64,000 nt of DNA from Nitrospirota bacterium (GTDB taxonomy: Bacteria > Nitrospirota > UBA9217). Positions 10,102-19,715 of the stretch are shown here, in pieces. Positions within the stretch are counted from its first letter, which is position 1. Each line of letters begins with the position of its first letter. The position numbers were made by a program, and so were the translations under genes. Under the pieces are notes generated by a model. The model saw only the letters and a list, made by a program, of their open reading frames with translations, was not told where the DNA came from and did not search any database. The DNA is taken from contig CAVWHO010000008.1 in the NCBI GenBank assembly GCA_963754875.1, positions 1-64,000 on the forward strand, read 5' to 3'.

Positions 10102-11603
10102 ATTGCCTTGCTCAACAACTTCCCGTAGCGCTCTTTCCCCAGCAGCGCGCGGCCGACGATCAGGGACGACATCATCGCACCGATAATACCCGGTAGCACG
10201 GCGCTTTGGCCCGCTACAAACAAGTTGTGCAGGGGGAGCTTTCCAATAAGATTAAACTGGCCCATCTTTTGTTTCACACCGTAGGCGCTTCCGTCGGGGC
10301 TGTTCAGATATTCCTTAAAGGTGAGCATGGAACCGGCATCCACGATATCGAGAGTCTCCCGGTAAGCGGGAAAGACGCTGAAAATGTGTTCCTTGATCGC
10401 GTCGATCCTCGCCTTTTTGTAATCCAGATACGCCTGGGGTCTGTTTCCTCTCCGGGTATCGCTCCATGCGGCGACCTGTTCTACAAACGACGGCTCGAGA
10501 ATGCAGATCCCCTTCCCGGCGCTGCCCTCAGTTTGATCCGGGGACTTGATCATAACCAAAGCGGGTGTTCCTTTGTACGCCGGATCCAGCAGGTTATTGA
10601 CGTCTACATCCGGAAAGAGCGACACGATTGACGCCTCGGGATTGGGATCTCTGCTCCCCGGCTTGTGCACGGCAAATAGCGCAAAGAACCCTGCCGAGGG
10701 TTCGAACAAAGACACCCTGCTCGCAAAAGCCTTACTGAAATGCTTCTCGGGCAGGATCTTCAAGATCTCTTTGGGGTGGATCGTAAAAACGCAGGCGTCA
10801 GCCGCAATCTCTTCTCCGGTACTCAGGAGGAAACGGCCCACTTTGTCGTCCTGGATGTCCAACAGCTCCGCGATAGTCGTATTGCACCGGATATCCACGT
10901 CGTATTCTTTGAACTTCTCCCGGAAGGCCCGAACGAAGGCGTCTCCTCCATCCTTCACGCAGGCGATGGACTCGTAAAAATTAAGGACCATTCTGCTATG
11001 GTTCGCGAAAGAAATATCGCTGGGCCTCACGCCGTAGCACATGGCATACCCTGACAGCAGGCAGCGAAGGGAAAGATTTAAGGTCAGGTCCTTCAGAACC
11101 GCATCGAGCGAGACGTAATCCTCGTCCAGATTCGGGTGAGAAATGACATTTTCGTGGATATTCAAAGACGGTGTCCGCCGGCAAACTGATTGGACCTTCT
11201 CAAAGTACCGGTCAATGGCTCCCACTTCCGTGGGAAAATATTTTTTTAACTGCTTTTTGACGTTCTCGATGCCGCTGGGGAGTTCAAGCCGCAAGTCTGC
11301 CGGTTCCAAAACAAACTGGGTTCTGCACGCCTCGGAAAGAAAAATCGGTTCAATAAAACCACGAAGGTCGAGGAACGACAGGATATCGGAGAGGATGCCG
11401 CCCTGGTGAAGCCCGCCAGTGAAATGAAAACCGGTGTCGAACGGGACGCCCCTTTTGGTGAACCGGGAAAGAGAGCCGCCGATGCGCGGTCCTTTTTCAA
11501 GCAGCAGGACCTTATGCCCGTTCATGGCAAGCAAGAGTGACATCGTCAATCCGCTGATGCCGCTCCCAACCACGATATGGTCATATTTTTTCATTAAATG
11601 CAA
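10098..11603 (-). CDS. phytoene desaturase-like FAD-dependent oxidoreductase
   Basis: VVGSGISG, FDTGFH, GSAYG and NLFVAGQS motifs. Confidence 0.85.
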   Translation of the reverse strand: MHLMKKYDHIVVGSGISGLTMSLLLAMNGHKVLLLEKGPRIGGSLSRFTKRGVPFDTGFHFTGGLHQGGILSDILSFLDLRGFIEPIFLSEACRTQFVLEPADLRLELPSGIENVKKQLKKYFPTEVGAIDRYFEKVQSVCRRTPSLNIHENVISHPNLDEDYVSLDAVLKDLTLNLSLRCLLSGYAMCYGVRPSDISFANHSRMVLNFYESIACVKDGGDAFVRAFREKFKEYDVDIRCNTTIAELLDIQDDKVGRFLLSTGEEIAADACVFTIHPKEILKILPEKHFSKAFASRVSLFEPSAGFFALFAVHKPGSRDPNPEASIVSLFPDVDVNNLLDPAYKGTPALVMIKSPDQTEGSAGKGICILEPSFVEQVAAWSDTRRGNRPQAYLDYKKARIDAIKEHIFSVFPAYRETLDIVDAGSMLTFKEYLNSPDGSAYGVKQKMGQFNLIGKLPLHNLFVAGQSAVLPGIIGAMMSSLIVGRALLGKERYGKLLSKAI

Positions 11604-11642
11604 ACTGCTCCGAATAATAGTTTCGTAAAGGACGTCGCTCGA

Positions 11643-12377
11643 CTACATTGCTAGTCCGCCGTTAATGCCGATCACCTGGCCGTGAATATACATGCTTTCC
11701 TCGGTGCATAAAAAATTCACCACCGACGCCACGTCATCCGCTTTCCCTACGCGGTTGATGGGAATCAAGGGCAGGACCTGCGCCTTCGGAATTTCCTGGG
11801 TCATCTCCGTTTCGATGAAACCGGGCGCAACCACGTTCACGTAAATGTTCTTCTTCCCCACTTCCCGCGCCAGCGCCTTGGCAGCACCAATCAGACCCGC
11901 TTTCGATGCAGAATAGTTGACCTGCCCTGCCTGGCCGATCTGCCCGGAAGCAGAGGAGACGACGACGATGCGTCCGCGCTTTGCTTTCAGCATCGAGAAA
12001 ATCACGGCACGGGACACGTTGAAAAACCCGTTCAGGTTTGTCGTCAGCACGGAGTTCCACTCATCCTTCGTCATCCACATCAGCAGGTTGTCCCGCGAGA
12101 TGCCGGAGTTGTACACCAGGACATCGGGTGACACGTTTTCCACTCGGTTGCTCAGGGCTGCTTCTGTCTCTTCATAACTGGAGACGTCGAAGGGAATAAG
12201 CTCACAAGCACTACCTAAAGTTTCAATTTCAGCTTTTACGTTGTTCGCTGCCTCATGGTTGCCCTTATAAGTAAGCCAGATCGTGAAACCGGATTTTGCT
12301 AGACGGAGCGCAATTGCACGACCGATGCCGCGGCTTCCGCCGATAATCAATGCTGTTTTTTTCTTATCGTTTTCCAT
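11643..12377 (-). CDS. fabG: 3-oxoacyl-ACP reductase (cluster-specific FabG)
   Basis: GGSRGIG, YSASK and VAPGFIET motifs. Confidence 0.85.
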   Translation of the reverse strand: MENDKKKTALIIGGSRGIGRAIALRLAKSGFTIWLTYKGNHEAANNVKAEIETLGSACELIPFDVSSYEETEAALSNRVENVSPDVLVYNSGISRDNLLMWMTKDEWNSVLTTNLNGFFNVSRAVIFSMLKAKRGRIVVVSSASGQIGQAGQVNYSASKAGLIGAAKALAREVGKKNIYVNVVAPGFIETEMTQEIPKAQVLPLIPINRVGKADDVASVVNFLCTEESMYIHGQVIGINGGLAM

Positions 12378-12723
12378 TACAAAAGGTACTGAATTGAGGG
12401 CTCATCTGCCGGATTCACTTACAGTTAACTCTTTAATTTTCCATGCATTTTCATAAGATCACGGAAACTTGGAATATTACACTATCACTTCTCTACTGTC
12501 AAGTCTTTCCTGCTTTTGCAAGCAGTAACCGAGCGTTCACGGTCGGCAACTGCGATCCGCAAACGGCATCGCAAAGAAGTCACGCTAACGCGACGAAATT
12601 TTGCGTATTATATCACTTTGGATTCGCCTGCGGCAACAGAATATTAACCAGTTCATCGCCTTGCGCCGGAAAATTTAAATTCAGGAACCACGGTTTTGCC
12701 ATAGTGAATGTTTCTTTCCCCTG

Positions 12724-12751
12724 AAAAAAAATGCCCCGCTAAAGCGGGGCA
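12724..12751 (-). terminator. intrinsic terminator downstream of pheT
   Basis: GCCCCGC-TTTA-GCGGGGC hairpin followed by a T run on the minus strand. Confidence 0.8.
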
Positions 12752-12804
12752 CCAGTGGTATTCGTTTATACAGCATACCATTGCAACGAGAATAAACCTG
12801 CTGT

Positions 12805-14502
12805 TTATTTCTTTTCAGAAAGACGCAAGATGGTGTTCAGCGTAATTTCAAAAGCCGCGCAGGGCATCGTGATCTGGCGACGTTCGAGAACTTCGGGGCG
12901 GATTTCACCGATAAAGCCGAGTTCCCTGCCGGCGGAGGTTATTTTTCCGCAGCGGCCGGGCAGGAAAAGGGCGTGGTGCGCCGGTTCCAGCATGTATTCG
13001 AGTCCCAGGTAATACAGCAGGACATCAAGGGCGGAATGCATTTCGGAAAAGTTCGCGGAAGGATGGGAAATAAGGGCGCCGAGATTGAGGTCGGTACGCG
13101 AGCCCATATTGGACTCCCGGTCAAAAACTGCCACTTCTCCTGCTTCGAAGATACGATGGGGATAAAACGCCTTAGAGCTTGCCGTCTCTACAGTGAGAAG
13201 CGACGGGATGACGCGGTTCCTGAGCACGGAATAGGCAAGCGACATCACGTTGTCCACTTCTACAAGCTGCTCGCCTTCCTGCATGGCGTCCTCAAGTCCC
13301 TCGTGGGAGCAGAGGATATTGGACATGATCTCCTGGTAACCGGAACCGACCAGGTGTCCGCGGACCGTATCGGAGAGCAGTTCCAGGGGAGAGAGCGCCC
13401 CTACGGTCGACTGCTGCGGCATGACCGGTTCAAACGAATCGTAGCCCCTGCTGATGGCGTAGTCCTCTACGAGGTCCATGGGATGCATGATATCGTCGCG
13501 GTACGGCGCCACCGTGACCGTCACTGCACCACGAACGGCGGTCACCTCGTGGCCGTATGCTTCGAGGCGCTTTTTTACGTCCGACAGAACGACGTCTTCT
13601 CCAAGACCGGCCGAAAACGTCGCGAGGGGCACCTTGAATTTCCCTGTTGTATCAACGGGGAAAGCCACCTCTTTGCCGAACTCCGTTTCGTAAGGATAGA
13701 TGACCTTCACGGGCTCGATTTCAGCTCCCCGGTCGTAAAAACTCGTCGCAAGTATGTTCAGGGTGAGCACAGTCATCCGCATGTCCGTCCCCGTCACCTC
13801 GATGAGCACGTTTTTCGTTTGCGGTTTCACTTCGCCGATCTCTTTGCTGTTGATGATGGGCGGGAATGACAGTACCCGCCCCATGCTGTCGGTCAGTACG
13901 GGATACTGGGGAAAGGGCTTTACAATGTTGCCATAGGCAATGCCTTTCGGGTGGCGCTCCAGGATCTCAGCGAGGGTGAGTTTTTCTTCCATGCCGAGCG
14001 GCGTAAAGGACATCAACGAGGGATCGACCAGCTTGTACTCCACAGGAAACACGATACGGTCGAGCTCATAGATGCCTATCGAGACCGTGGTACGCTTCCT
14101 GCCGAAAATCTCGGCAAGTTTGTCCTGGCTCTGGATCATCTGCGTCAGCACGTCGTCGTTCATGCGCACGCCGCTCGCCGTGCAGGCAGCGATAAAGGGC
14201 CGGACCGTTTTCATGGCCCGGCTGACCCTGATCTCCCGCATCGCTTTCCTGCCGTGATTGAAGAATGAATAGCTCTCGGGTTTGCCGGATAGCGCGATGC
14301 GGATCTGGCGCGCAATGCCTTCGGCTGACCAGAGGTCCGGCCGGTTGCTGTCCGACAACTCCACTTTGAGGTCATCGGTCTCGGCAAGATATTCCTTCAG
14401 CTCCGCTTTTGCGAGCATGAGGTACTTTTCAATCGTACTGATCGGGAGTTTTTTCCCAATGAGCGAGTCGAGGTCTTTTTTCTTGATATCGATTGTCGGC
14501 AT
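12805..14502 (-). CDS. pheT: phenylalanine-tRNA ligase beta subunit, short archaeal/eukaryotic type
   Basis: 565 aa; NRPDLWS, SFPPIINS and RDDIMHPMDLVED motifs; too short for the bacterial OB and anticodon-binding domains. Confidence 0.9.
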   Translation of the reverse strand: MPTIDIKKKDLDSLIGKKLPISTIEKYLMLAKAELKEYLAETDDLKVELSDSNRPDLWSAEGIARQIRIALSGKPESYSFFNHGRKAMREIRVSRAMKTVRPFIAACTASGVRMNDDVLTQMIQSQDKLAEIFGRKRTTVSIGIYELDRIVFPVEYKLVDPSLMSFTPLGMEEKLTLAEILERHPKGIAYGNIVKPFPQYPVLTDSMGRVLSFPPIINSKEIGEVKPQTKNVLIEVTGTDMRMTVLTLNILATSFYDRGAEIEPVKVIYPYETEFGKEVAFPVDTTGKFKVPLATFSAGLGEDVVLSDVKKRLEAYGHEVTAVRGAVTVTVAPYRDDIMHPMDLVEDYAISRGYDSFEPVMPQQSTVGALSPLELLSDTVRGHLVGSGYQEIMSNILCSHEGLEDAMQEGEQLVEVDNVMSLAYSVLRNRVIPSLLTVETASSKAFYPHRIFEAGEVAVFDRESNMGSRTDLNLGALISHPSANFSEMHSALDVLLYYLGLEYMLEPAHHALFLPGRCGKITSAGRELGFIGEIRPEVLERRQITMPCAAFEITLNTILRLSEKK

Positions 14503-14565
14503 ATTTAAATTGAGTCAGGCATCAGGGGAAAAGCATGTAACCTATATACTCCATGACCCTTGACC

Positions 14566-16137
14566 CTATTTGTTCAATTGTATTTTCTTCGTTCTGACAA
14601 AGTCCAGGTCCCGAGAAAAGAGGTCTCTGATATCCTGGATGCCCAGGGCCACCATGGCCATGCGGTCAAGCCCCAGTCCCCAGGCGATCACCGGTACATC
14701 GACGCCAAGCGGTTTCGTGACCTCGGGACGGAACATTCCCGCACCGCCGAGTTCCATCCACCCCAGTTCAGGGTGCTTTACATGCAGCTCGACGGACGGT
14801 TCGGTAAAGGGGAAATAAGCGGGCCTGAATTGGAATTCACGGGCCTTTGCGATCTCCTGGCCGAACAGTTTCAGGAGCCCGAGCAGTGTTTTGAAGTTGA
14901 TGTCAGCACCCAGCACAATGCCTTCGACCTGGTAAAAGTCAGGCGCGTGGGTCGCGTCCACCGCATCATAGCGGAAACAGCGGGCAATGGAAAAATACTT
15001 CCCCGGAACCTTGGGACCGGATGCAAGCGTTCTTGCCGAGACGGCCGTACCCTGGCTCCGAAGGATCAATCGCTTGGCGCGCTCCAAATCAAAAGCATAG
15101 CGCCATCCTGTGGACCCGGTCTTTCCGCCATCCTTGTGAGCCGTGGCAACCTGCTTGGCAAATGGTTGTTCTATTTCTTTTGCCGAACCCGGTTCCTTCA
15201 CGAAATACACGTCATGGATATTTCGGGCAGGATGGAACTGCGGCATGAACAGCGCGTCCATGTCCCAGAACTCGTTTTCCACGAGCGGGCCGCGCATCTC
15301 TTCGAACCCCATGCCGATGAACTTGTATTTGACGAAATCGAGGAACTCTTTATAGGGATGTTTCCTGCCGATGCTCTGGCGCGGCGGGTTGAGGGCGATA
15401 TTATAAGCACGGAACTTTTTGTTCTTCCACGTGCCGAGTTTCAGCATCTCGGGGGTCAGAGCGGAAGCCTCTTCGGTGACGATGCCGCGTTCTTTGATGA
15501 GGCGAAGCACTTCCCTTCCATCTGCGGTCAGGGTGTACGAACGATTTTTTTTCTCGGTAATACGAAAAATACCCTTGGCCTTCCCGCGCTTGTGGAAGTT
15601 TGCCTGAATCGCGGCCTGTTGATCTGCGGGGAAACTCGTTAGTTCCGCCGGCTCTCTTATGGATACCGCTTTGAGGAGTTCGACAAGGTCATCGTAAGAA
15701 ACAGCAAGCGAGCCTGCCGCAAGCGCTACCAAGACGCCGCCCTGGCCGATCTGCACCGCTTTGACTTCCTTGAGCGCTCCAACTGCGGAGCTCACTTCGG
15801 AAGGGTCCATCCCCCACGTCTGGATAATGTCCTTGACCGTGAACTGTTTTCCCTCTTTGAGAGCATTAATGATACGCATCTCGGGAGTTCCCTTATGCAG
15901 GTATTCCTTGCCTGTTTCGGTAAGGGAAACGCGGGAAGTCACCGACTCGTCTTTGACGTCGAGCAGCCCCTTTGTCTGGAGCCAGCCCGAAGCCATATCC
16001 AGACGGGCTTCATCGAGGCCCGATGCCTCGAGAATGTCAAATGCGGACAGGGTCGTTGCCTGGTCAAAGCAGATGAGCACCTTATGTTCGAGCGGATGGA
16101 GGCTTTCGAGGAGTTTTTGAAGTTCAGGCGTGGTCAT
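14566..16137 (-). CDS. pheS: phenylalanine-tRNA ligase alpha subunit, long archaeal/eukaryotic type
   Basis: 523 aa; FWDMDALFMPQFHPAR, YFPFTEPS and WGLGLDR motifs; long N-terminal extension. Confidence 0.9.
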   Translation of the reverse strand: MTTPELQKLLESLHPLEHKVLICFDQATTLSAFDILEASGLDEARLDMASGWLQTKGLLDVKDESVTSRVSLTETGKEYLHKGTPEMRIINALKEGKQFTVKDIIQTWGMDPSEVSSAVGALKEVKAVQIGQGGVLVALAAGSLAVSYDDLVELLKAVSIREPAELTSFPADQQAAIQANFHKRGKAKGIFRITEKKNRSYTLTADGREVLRLIKERGIVTEEASALTPEMLKLGTWKNKKFRAYNIALNPPRQSIGRKHPYKEFLDFVKYKFIGMGFEEMRGPLVENEFWDMDALFMPQFHPARNIHDVYFVKEPGSAKEIEQPFAKQVATAHKDGGKTGSTGWRYAFDLERAKRLILRSQGTAVSARTLASGPKVPGKYFSIARCFRYDAVDATHAPDFYQVEGIVLGADINFKTLLGLLKLFGQEIAKAREFQFRPAYFPFTEPSVELHVKHPELGWMELGGAGMFRPEVTKPLGVDVPVIAWGLGLDRMAMVALGIQDIRDLFSRDLDFVRTKKIQLNK

Positions 16138-16149
16138 AAGTTGCGGATA

Positions 16150-16219
16150 AGATTACGTTGATTGAAAATATTTGTCAAGCAAAAACACATTGACGGGCAC
16201 CGGAGTTGTGTGTTATGGT
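16150..16219. promoter_or_regulatory. divergent sigma70-like promoters (pheS on minus; hypothetical gene on plus)
   Basis: Minus: TTGACA(16178-16173)-17 nt-TAATCT. Plus: TTGACG(16190)-18 nt-TATGGT. Confidence 0.55.
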
Positions 16220-16225
16220 AAATCG

Positions 16226-16636
16226 ATGGCGAGAACAACAATCAAACCACGATTAGTTTATACACTCCTCTGCGACGACGTGCGCCAGGAGATGGGGGGC
16301 AAATTCAGTTTGATGGGCCTGTTTGAAAGCATTTCATCCCATACCTTCCCTGCCACCCATCATCGTTTTGCGATTATGAACGAATGGACGGGAGGGAAAG
16401 GGGACTTTACCGTAAAGATCAGGCTCCTCTCTCCGGACCAGGCCGAGGTCATCTCGGAATCCCAAACAACGTTGACTCTTTTCAGCGAAACCCAGCGGCA
16501 CCGTGACATCTCGGTCCGCCACAACACAACCTTTAAGATTCCCGGCACCTATTGGATCGAAACACTGCTCGACGGCGAACGCGTGGGTATAACGCCCATT
16601 GTACTGCAGACCGTCAACGACCAGATGGTCCATTAA
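16226..16636 (+). CDS. conserved hypothetical protein (DUF6941-like)
   Basis: LLCDDVRQEMGGKFSLMGLF pattern. Confidence 0.65.
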   Translation: MARTTIKPRLVYTLLCDDVRQEMGGKFSLMGLFESISSHTFPATHHRFAIMNEWTGGKGDFTVKIRLLSPDQAEVISESQTTLTLFSETQRHRDISVRHNTTFKIPGTYWIETLLDGERVGITPIVLQTVNDQMVH

Positions 16637-16651
16637 CCTCCCTGAAACACT

Positions 16652-17350
16652 TTACTCCAACGTGATTATCGAAGAAATCCCCACCTTAACGTGAACCTCT
16701 TTTGCAAGCTTCTCCGCTGAGGCCTTATTTGTGAAACTGCCGAGCCGCACGCGGTACCACGTTCCCTTCCCGGCCACCTCCGATGGGACGACAAATGCAG
16801 CATACCCGCGGCTTCGCATTTTTTTAGCCTCATCATTGGCGAGCTGCTTATCGGGATAAGACGCCACTTGGACCGTATAGTGCAATTTTGAGGGGGCCGA
16901 TTTTCTGGGCGCTGCATCTTTTTTCTCGCGCGTTTCCCGGTGTGTGCTTGCCTTCCGCTGAAGACTATCCGCGTCTGAAGATTTTTTCTCGATCTTTACG
17001 TCAAGGGTCTTGCTTTTCGCGGCAGTCTGACCGGAACTTTCCTTCGGTGCATCCGCACCTGTTTGTTTCTTGTCCGGTTTGTTTTCATCAGGCGAAGACT
17101 TCGGCTTGAGATCGATTGAAACCGTCTTGTTCTCCTTCTCGGAAAGTGACTTGAAGAACGTAAAATCCTCGGGTTTGGGAAGTTTCTCCGAGACTTCCGG
17201 AAGCGGGGGCAGGTTCTCGGCTTGGCCGCCTGTTTTGTTCTGATACCTGCCCACGTAGTACCCGATAAGGAAAACACCGAGCAGGAGGACCACACCCGCA
17301 GGAATGATAAAAAGATTTGATATGATGCCGCCGCGCTCGTTGCTTTTCAT
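16652..17350 (-). CDS. SPOR-domain membrane protein (FtsN-like)
   Basis: N-terminal TM helix, linker, YTVQVASY...WYRVRLGSF. Confidence 0.85.
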   Translation of the reverse strand: MKSNERGGIISNLFIIPAGVVLLLGVFLIGYYVGRYQNKTGGQAENLPPLPEVSEKLPKPEDFTFFKSLSEKENKTVSIDLKPKSSPDENKPDKKQTGADAPKESSGQTAAKSKTLDVKIEKKSSDADSLQRKASTHRETREKKDAAPRKSAPSKLHYTVQVASYPDKQLANDEAKKMRSRGYAAFVVPSEVAGKGTWYRVRLGSFTNKASAEKLAKEVHVKVGISSIITLE

Positions 17351-17497
17351 GGTTCTCTCCCCGTATTCTGTTACGAACTATTATGATCTGAGCATGACTG
17401 ACGTCCGGCTGCAAGCTGAAAGTCACAAGGGCACGGGATTTTGCGCTTTGACGTTCTCTTCAGCCAGCCCCCTGCTCTCTGCTTAAGACGCCCTGCG

Positions 17498-18541
17498 CTA
17501 TGCGATGAACATCGCGTCCCCATAACTGTAGAAACGGTATCGCTCAGCAACCGCGATACGGTAAGCCGAAAGAATATGCTCCCTGCGCGCAAAAGCGGAC
17601 ACGAGCATGAGCAGCGTTGATTTGGGAAGATGAAAATTGGTAATGATCCCGTTGGCCGCTTTGAAATGGTATCCCGGATAAATAAACAACTTCGAACTTC
17701 CTTGTCCCGAGGTGACGACACCGGCGCTGGCAGCCGCAGTTTCGATCGTACGGAGACTGGTTGTTCCCACGGCGATCACGCGCCTGCCTTCTGTATGAGC
17801 GCGATTAATACTCGTTGCCGCCTCATTGGGCAGGGAATAGCGTTCGGGACGCATCCGGTGTTCCGCAATACGCTCGACTTTGACCGGCTGAAACGTACCC
17901 GGCCCTATATGAAGCGTGATCGTGGCAAATTCAATGCCCTTTGCTTGCAGTTTCTGAAACAGCTCCGGAGTAAAGTGCAGCCCTGCCGTCGGTGCGGCGA
18001 CTGCCCCTTCCTGTGATGCATACACCGTCTGGTACCGCTCCCGGTCGGCCGGGACAGCATCGCGCTTGATGTACGGAGGGAGCGGCGTCTTGGCAATTTC
18101 CGGCAGCATCGTCCTGATATCGTCGACCCCGTGAAAACGAATGGTCCTGAGGCCGTCCTCTCCCGCTGCCGTGATCTCCGCGTCAATACCCGCTGCGACA
18201 TTTAGCTTCTTGCCTGCAGTCCCTTCCCCTCTCACGAGAGCGTCCCACAGATTACGCTCCCTTTCTGCAAGGAGAAATATTTCGGCTTTACCGCCGCCGG
18301 CCTTCTTAGCCAGGAGCCTGCAGGGAAACACTTTTGTGTCGTTCAGAACAAGGAGATCGCCGGGAATGAGCTGTTCATCGATGTCGCAAAAAGTATGGTG
18401 GCCGATTGCACCCGTCGCGCGGTCCATGACCATGAGACGCGATCGGTCCCGGACCGGACAGGGTTCCTGGGCGATAAGAGCTTCAGGGAGATGATAATCA
18501 AAATCGGACAGTCTGAGGTCTTCGGCGACGGGCAAGGTCAT
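17498..18541 (-). CDS. queA: S-adenosylmethionine:tRNA ribosyltransferase-isomerase
   Basis: AAPTAGLHF, TNFHLPKSTL and YRFYSYGDAM motifs. Confidence 0.95.
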   Translation of the reverse strand: MTLPVAEDLRLSDFDYHLPEALIAQEPCPVRDRSRLMVMDRATGAIGHHTFCDIDEQLIPGDLLVLNDTKVFPCRLLAKKAGGGKAEIFLLAERERNLWDALVRGEGTAGKKLNVAAGIDAEITAAGEDGLRTIRFHGVDDIRTMLPEIAKTPLPPYIKRDAVPADRERYQTVYASQEGAVAAPTAGLHFTPELFQKLQAKGIEFATITLHIGPGTFQPVKVERIAEHRMRPERYSLPNEAATSINRAHTEGRRVIAVGTTSLRTIETAAASAGVVTSGQGSSKLFIYPGYHFKAANGIITNFHLPKSTLLMLVSAFARREHILSAYRIAVAERYRFYSYGDAMFIA

Positions 18542-18719
18542 GGCGGGATATTACCATATCGGAGTGCCGGGATAAAGAGAAAAGACGTTTGCGGAGAGAA
18601 GGCAGAAGGTATCGAAGGATTCGGCTCCGCGCGCATCTCACTGGGCAGACGCAAAGCCTTCCTCCGTCTTTTGATTTTTCAATGAAAGTCCGCGGCCCTC
18701 TGCGGAGCTGGGATTATCA

Positions 18720-19118
18720 TCAGTCCTTCATCACTTTCACCATCACCCTGCGGTCGCGTGGCCCGTCGAATTCGCAAAAGAACACCGCCTGCCATGTTCC
18801 GAGTGCGAGCCGGCCCTCCTCTACCATCACGACTTTGGAAGTGCCGATTATGCTCGACTTGATATGCGCTGCGGAGTTGCCTTCGTTATGGCCGTAATTA
18901 TCGTCAAAAGGAATGACCTTATTCAATTCTTTCAGGATATCGCGCCCTACATTGGGGTCTGAGTTCTCGTTGAGCGTGACTCCCGCGGTCGTGTGCGGTA
19001 CGGAGAGGTAGCAGACTCCGGAGCGGACTCCGGTCTCCGCAACAAGCCGCTGCACGCCCTGCGTAATGTCCACCAGTTCGGTCCTCGAACTTGTCTTCAC
19101 CCTGAGTTGTTTGATCAT
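18720..19118 (-). CDS. yjbQ: YjbQ/UPF0047 family protein
   Basis: HTTAG, HNEGNSAAHIK and LGTWQ..FCEFDGPR motifs. Confidence 0.9.
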   Translation of the reverse strand: MIKQLRVKTSSRTELVDITQGVQRLVAETGVRSGVCYLSVPHTTAGVTLNENSDPNVGRDILKELNKVIPFDDNYGHNEGNSAAHIKSSIIGTSKVVMVEEGRLALGTWQAVFFCEFDGPRDRRVMVKVMKD

Positions 19119-19139
19119 TGATACCTCCTTTTATACGAT

Positions 19140-19715
19140 GGGAGACTTTCATGATGGACGACAGACGAACGCTTGCTTCGCTCGCTGGGACGATGGACGA
19201 TTAGCGTCTCTGGTCCCGCTCCACCCGTATCTCTCACTTACAGAATGCATCGGCTTTCTTCGCCATGGTGTTTAGCATGGCAAAGATATGTTCGTATTGC
19301 TCGTCCAGCTTATCGAACACTTCATTATTTATATAACCGCACGTTAATGCAAATTCCAACCATGTTTGAGTTTCCGCGGCTTCTTGCCCGGAATCAGAAA
19401 GCTTATTCATGAACACTGCTTTATATCTTCTTTTTCTCCAGCCCTCGGCCAGATTAGCACACACCGCACGGGAAGACCTTCGGATCTGATCTGTTAATGA
19501 ATATCTTTCATCAGAAGGAAACCCCTTGGAGGTGTTGTATATCTCCATTGCGGTTTCAAAAGCGACCCTGTAAACGTCCAAATCCCGAACGCTACTTATC
19601 CTCTTCGCACTCGTCCTCTCGTCCATCGTCCCTCCTCCCTCGTCTCTCGTCCTCCCCTCCCTCGTCTTCCCCCCTTCACCCTTCAATCCCTACGTCTTCG
19701 CGTCCTCTGCCTCGC
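19140..19715. repeat. 7-nt-period GACGA(G/T)G repeat arrays in inverted orientation around four-helix gene 1
   Basis: Perfect 14-bp inverted repeat GGGACGATGGACGA (19187-19200) / TCGTCCATCGTCCC (19619-19632), plus degenerate units. Confidence 0.8.
19234..19626 (-). CDS. four-helix-bundle protein (23S rRNA IVS protein family), copy 1
   Basis: DLDVY...FPSDERYSLTDQIRRSSRAVCANLAEGW...EAAETQTWL. Confidence 0.9.
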   Translation of the reverse strand: MDERTSAKRISSVRDLDVYRVAFETAMEIYNTSKGFPSDERYSLTDQIRRSSRAVCANLAEGWRKRRYKAVFMNKLSDSGQEAAETQTWLEFALTCGYINNEVFDKLDEQYEHIFAMLNTMAKKADAFCK

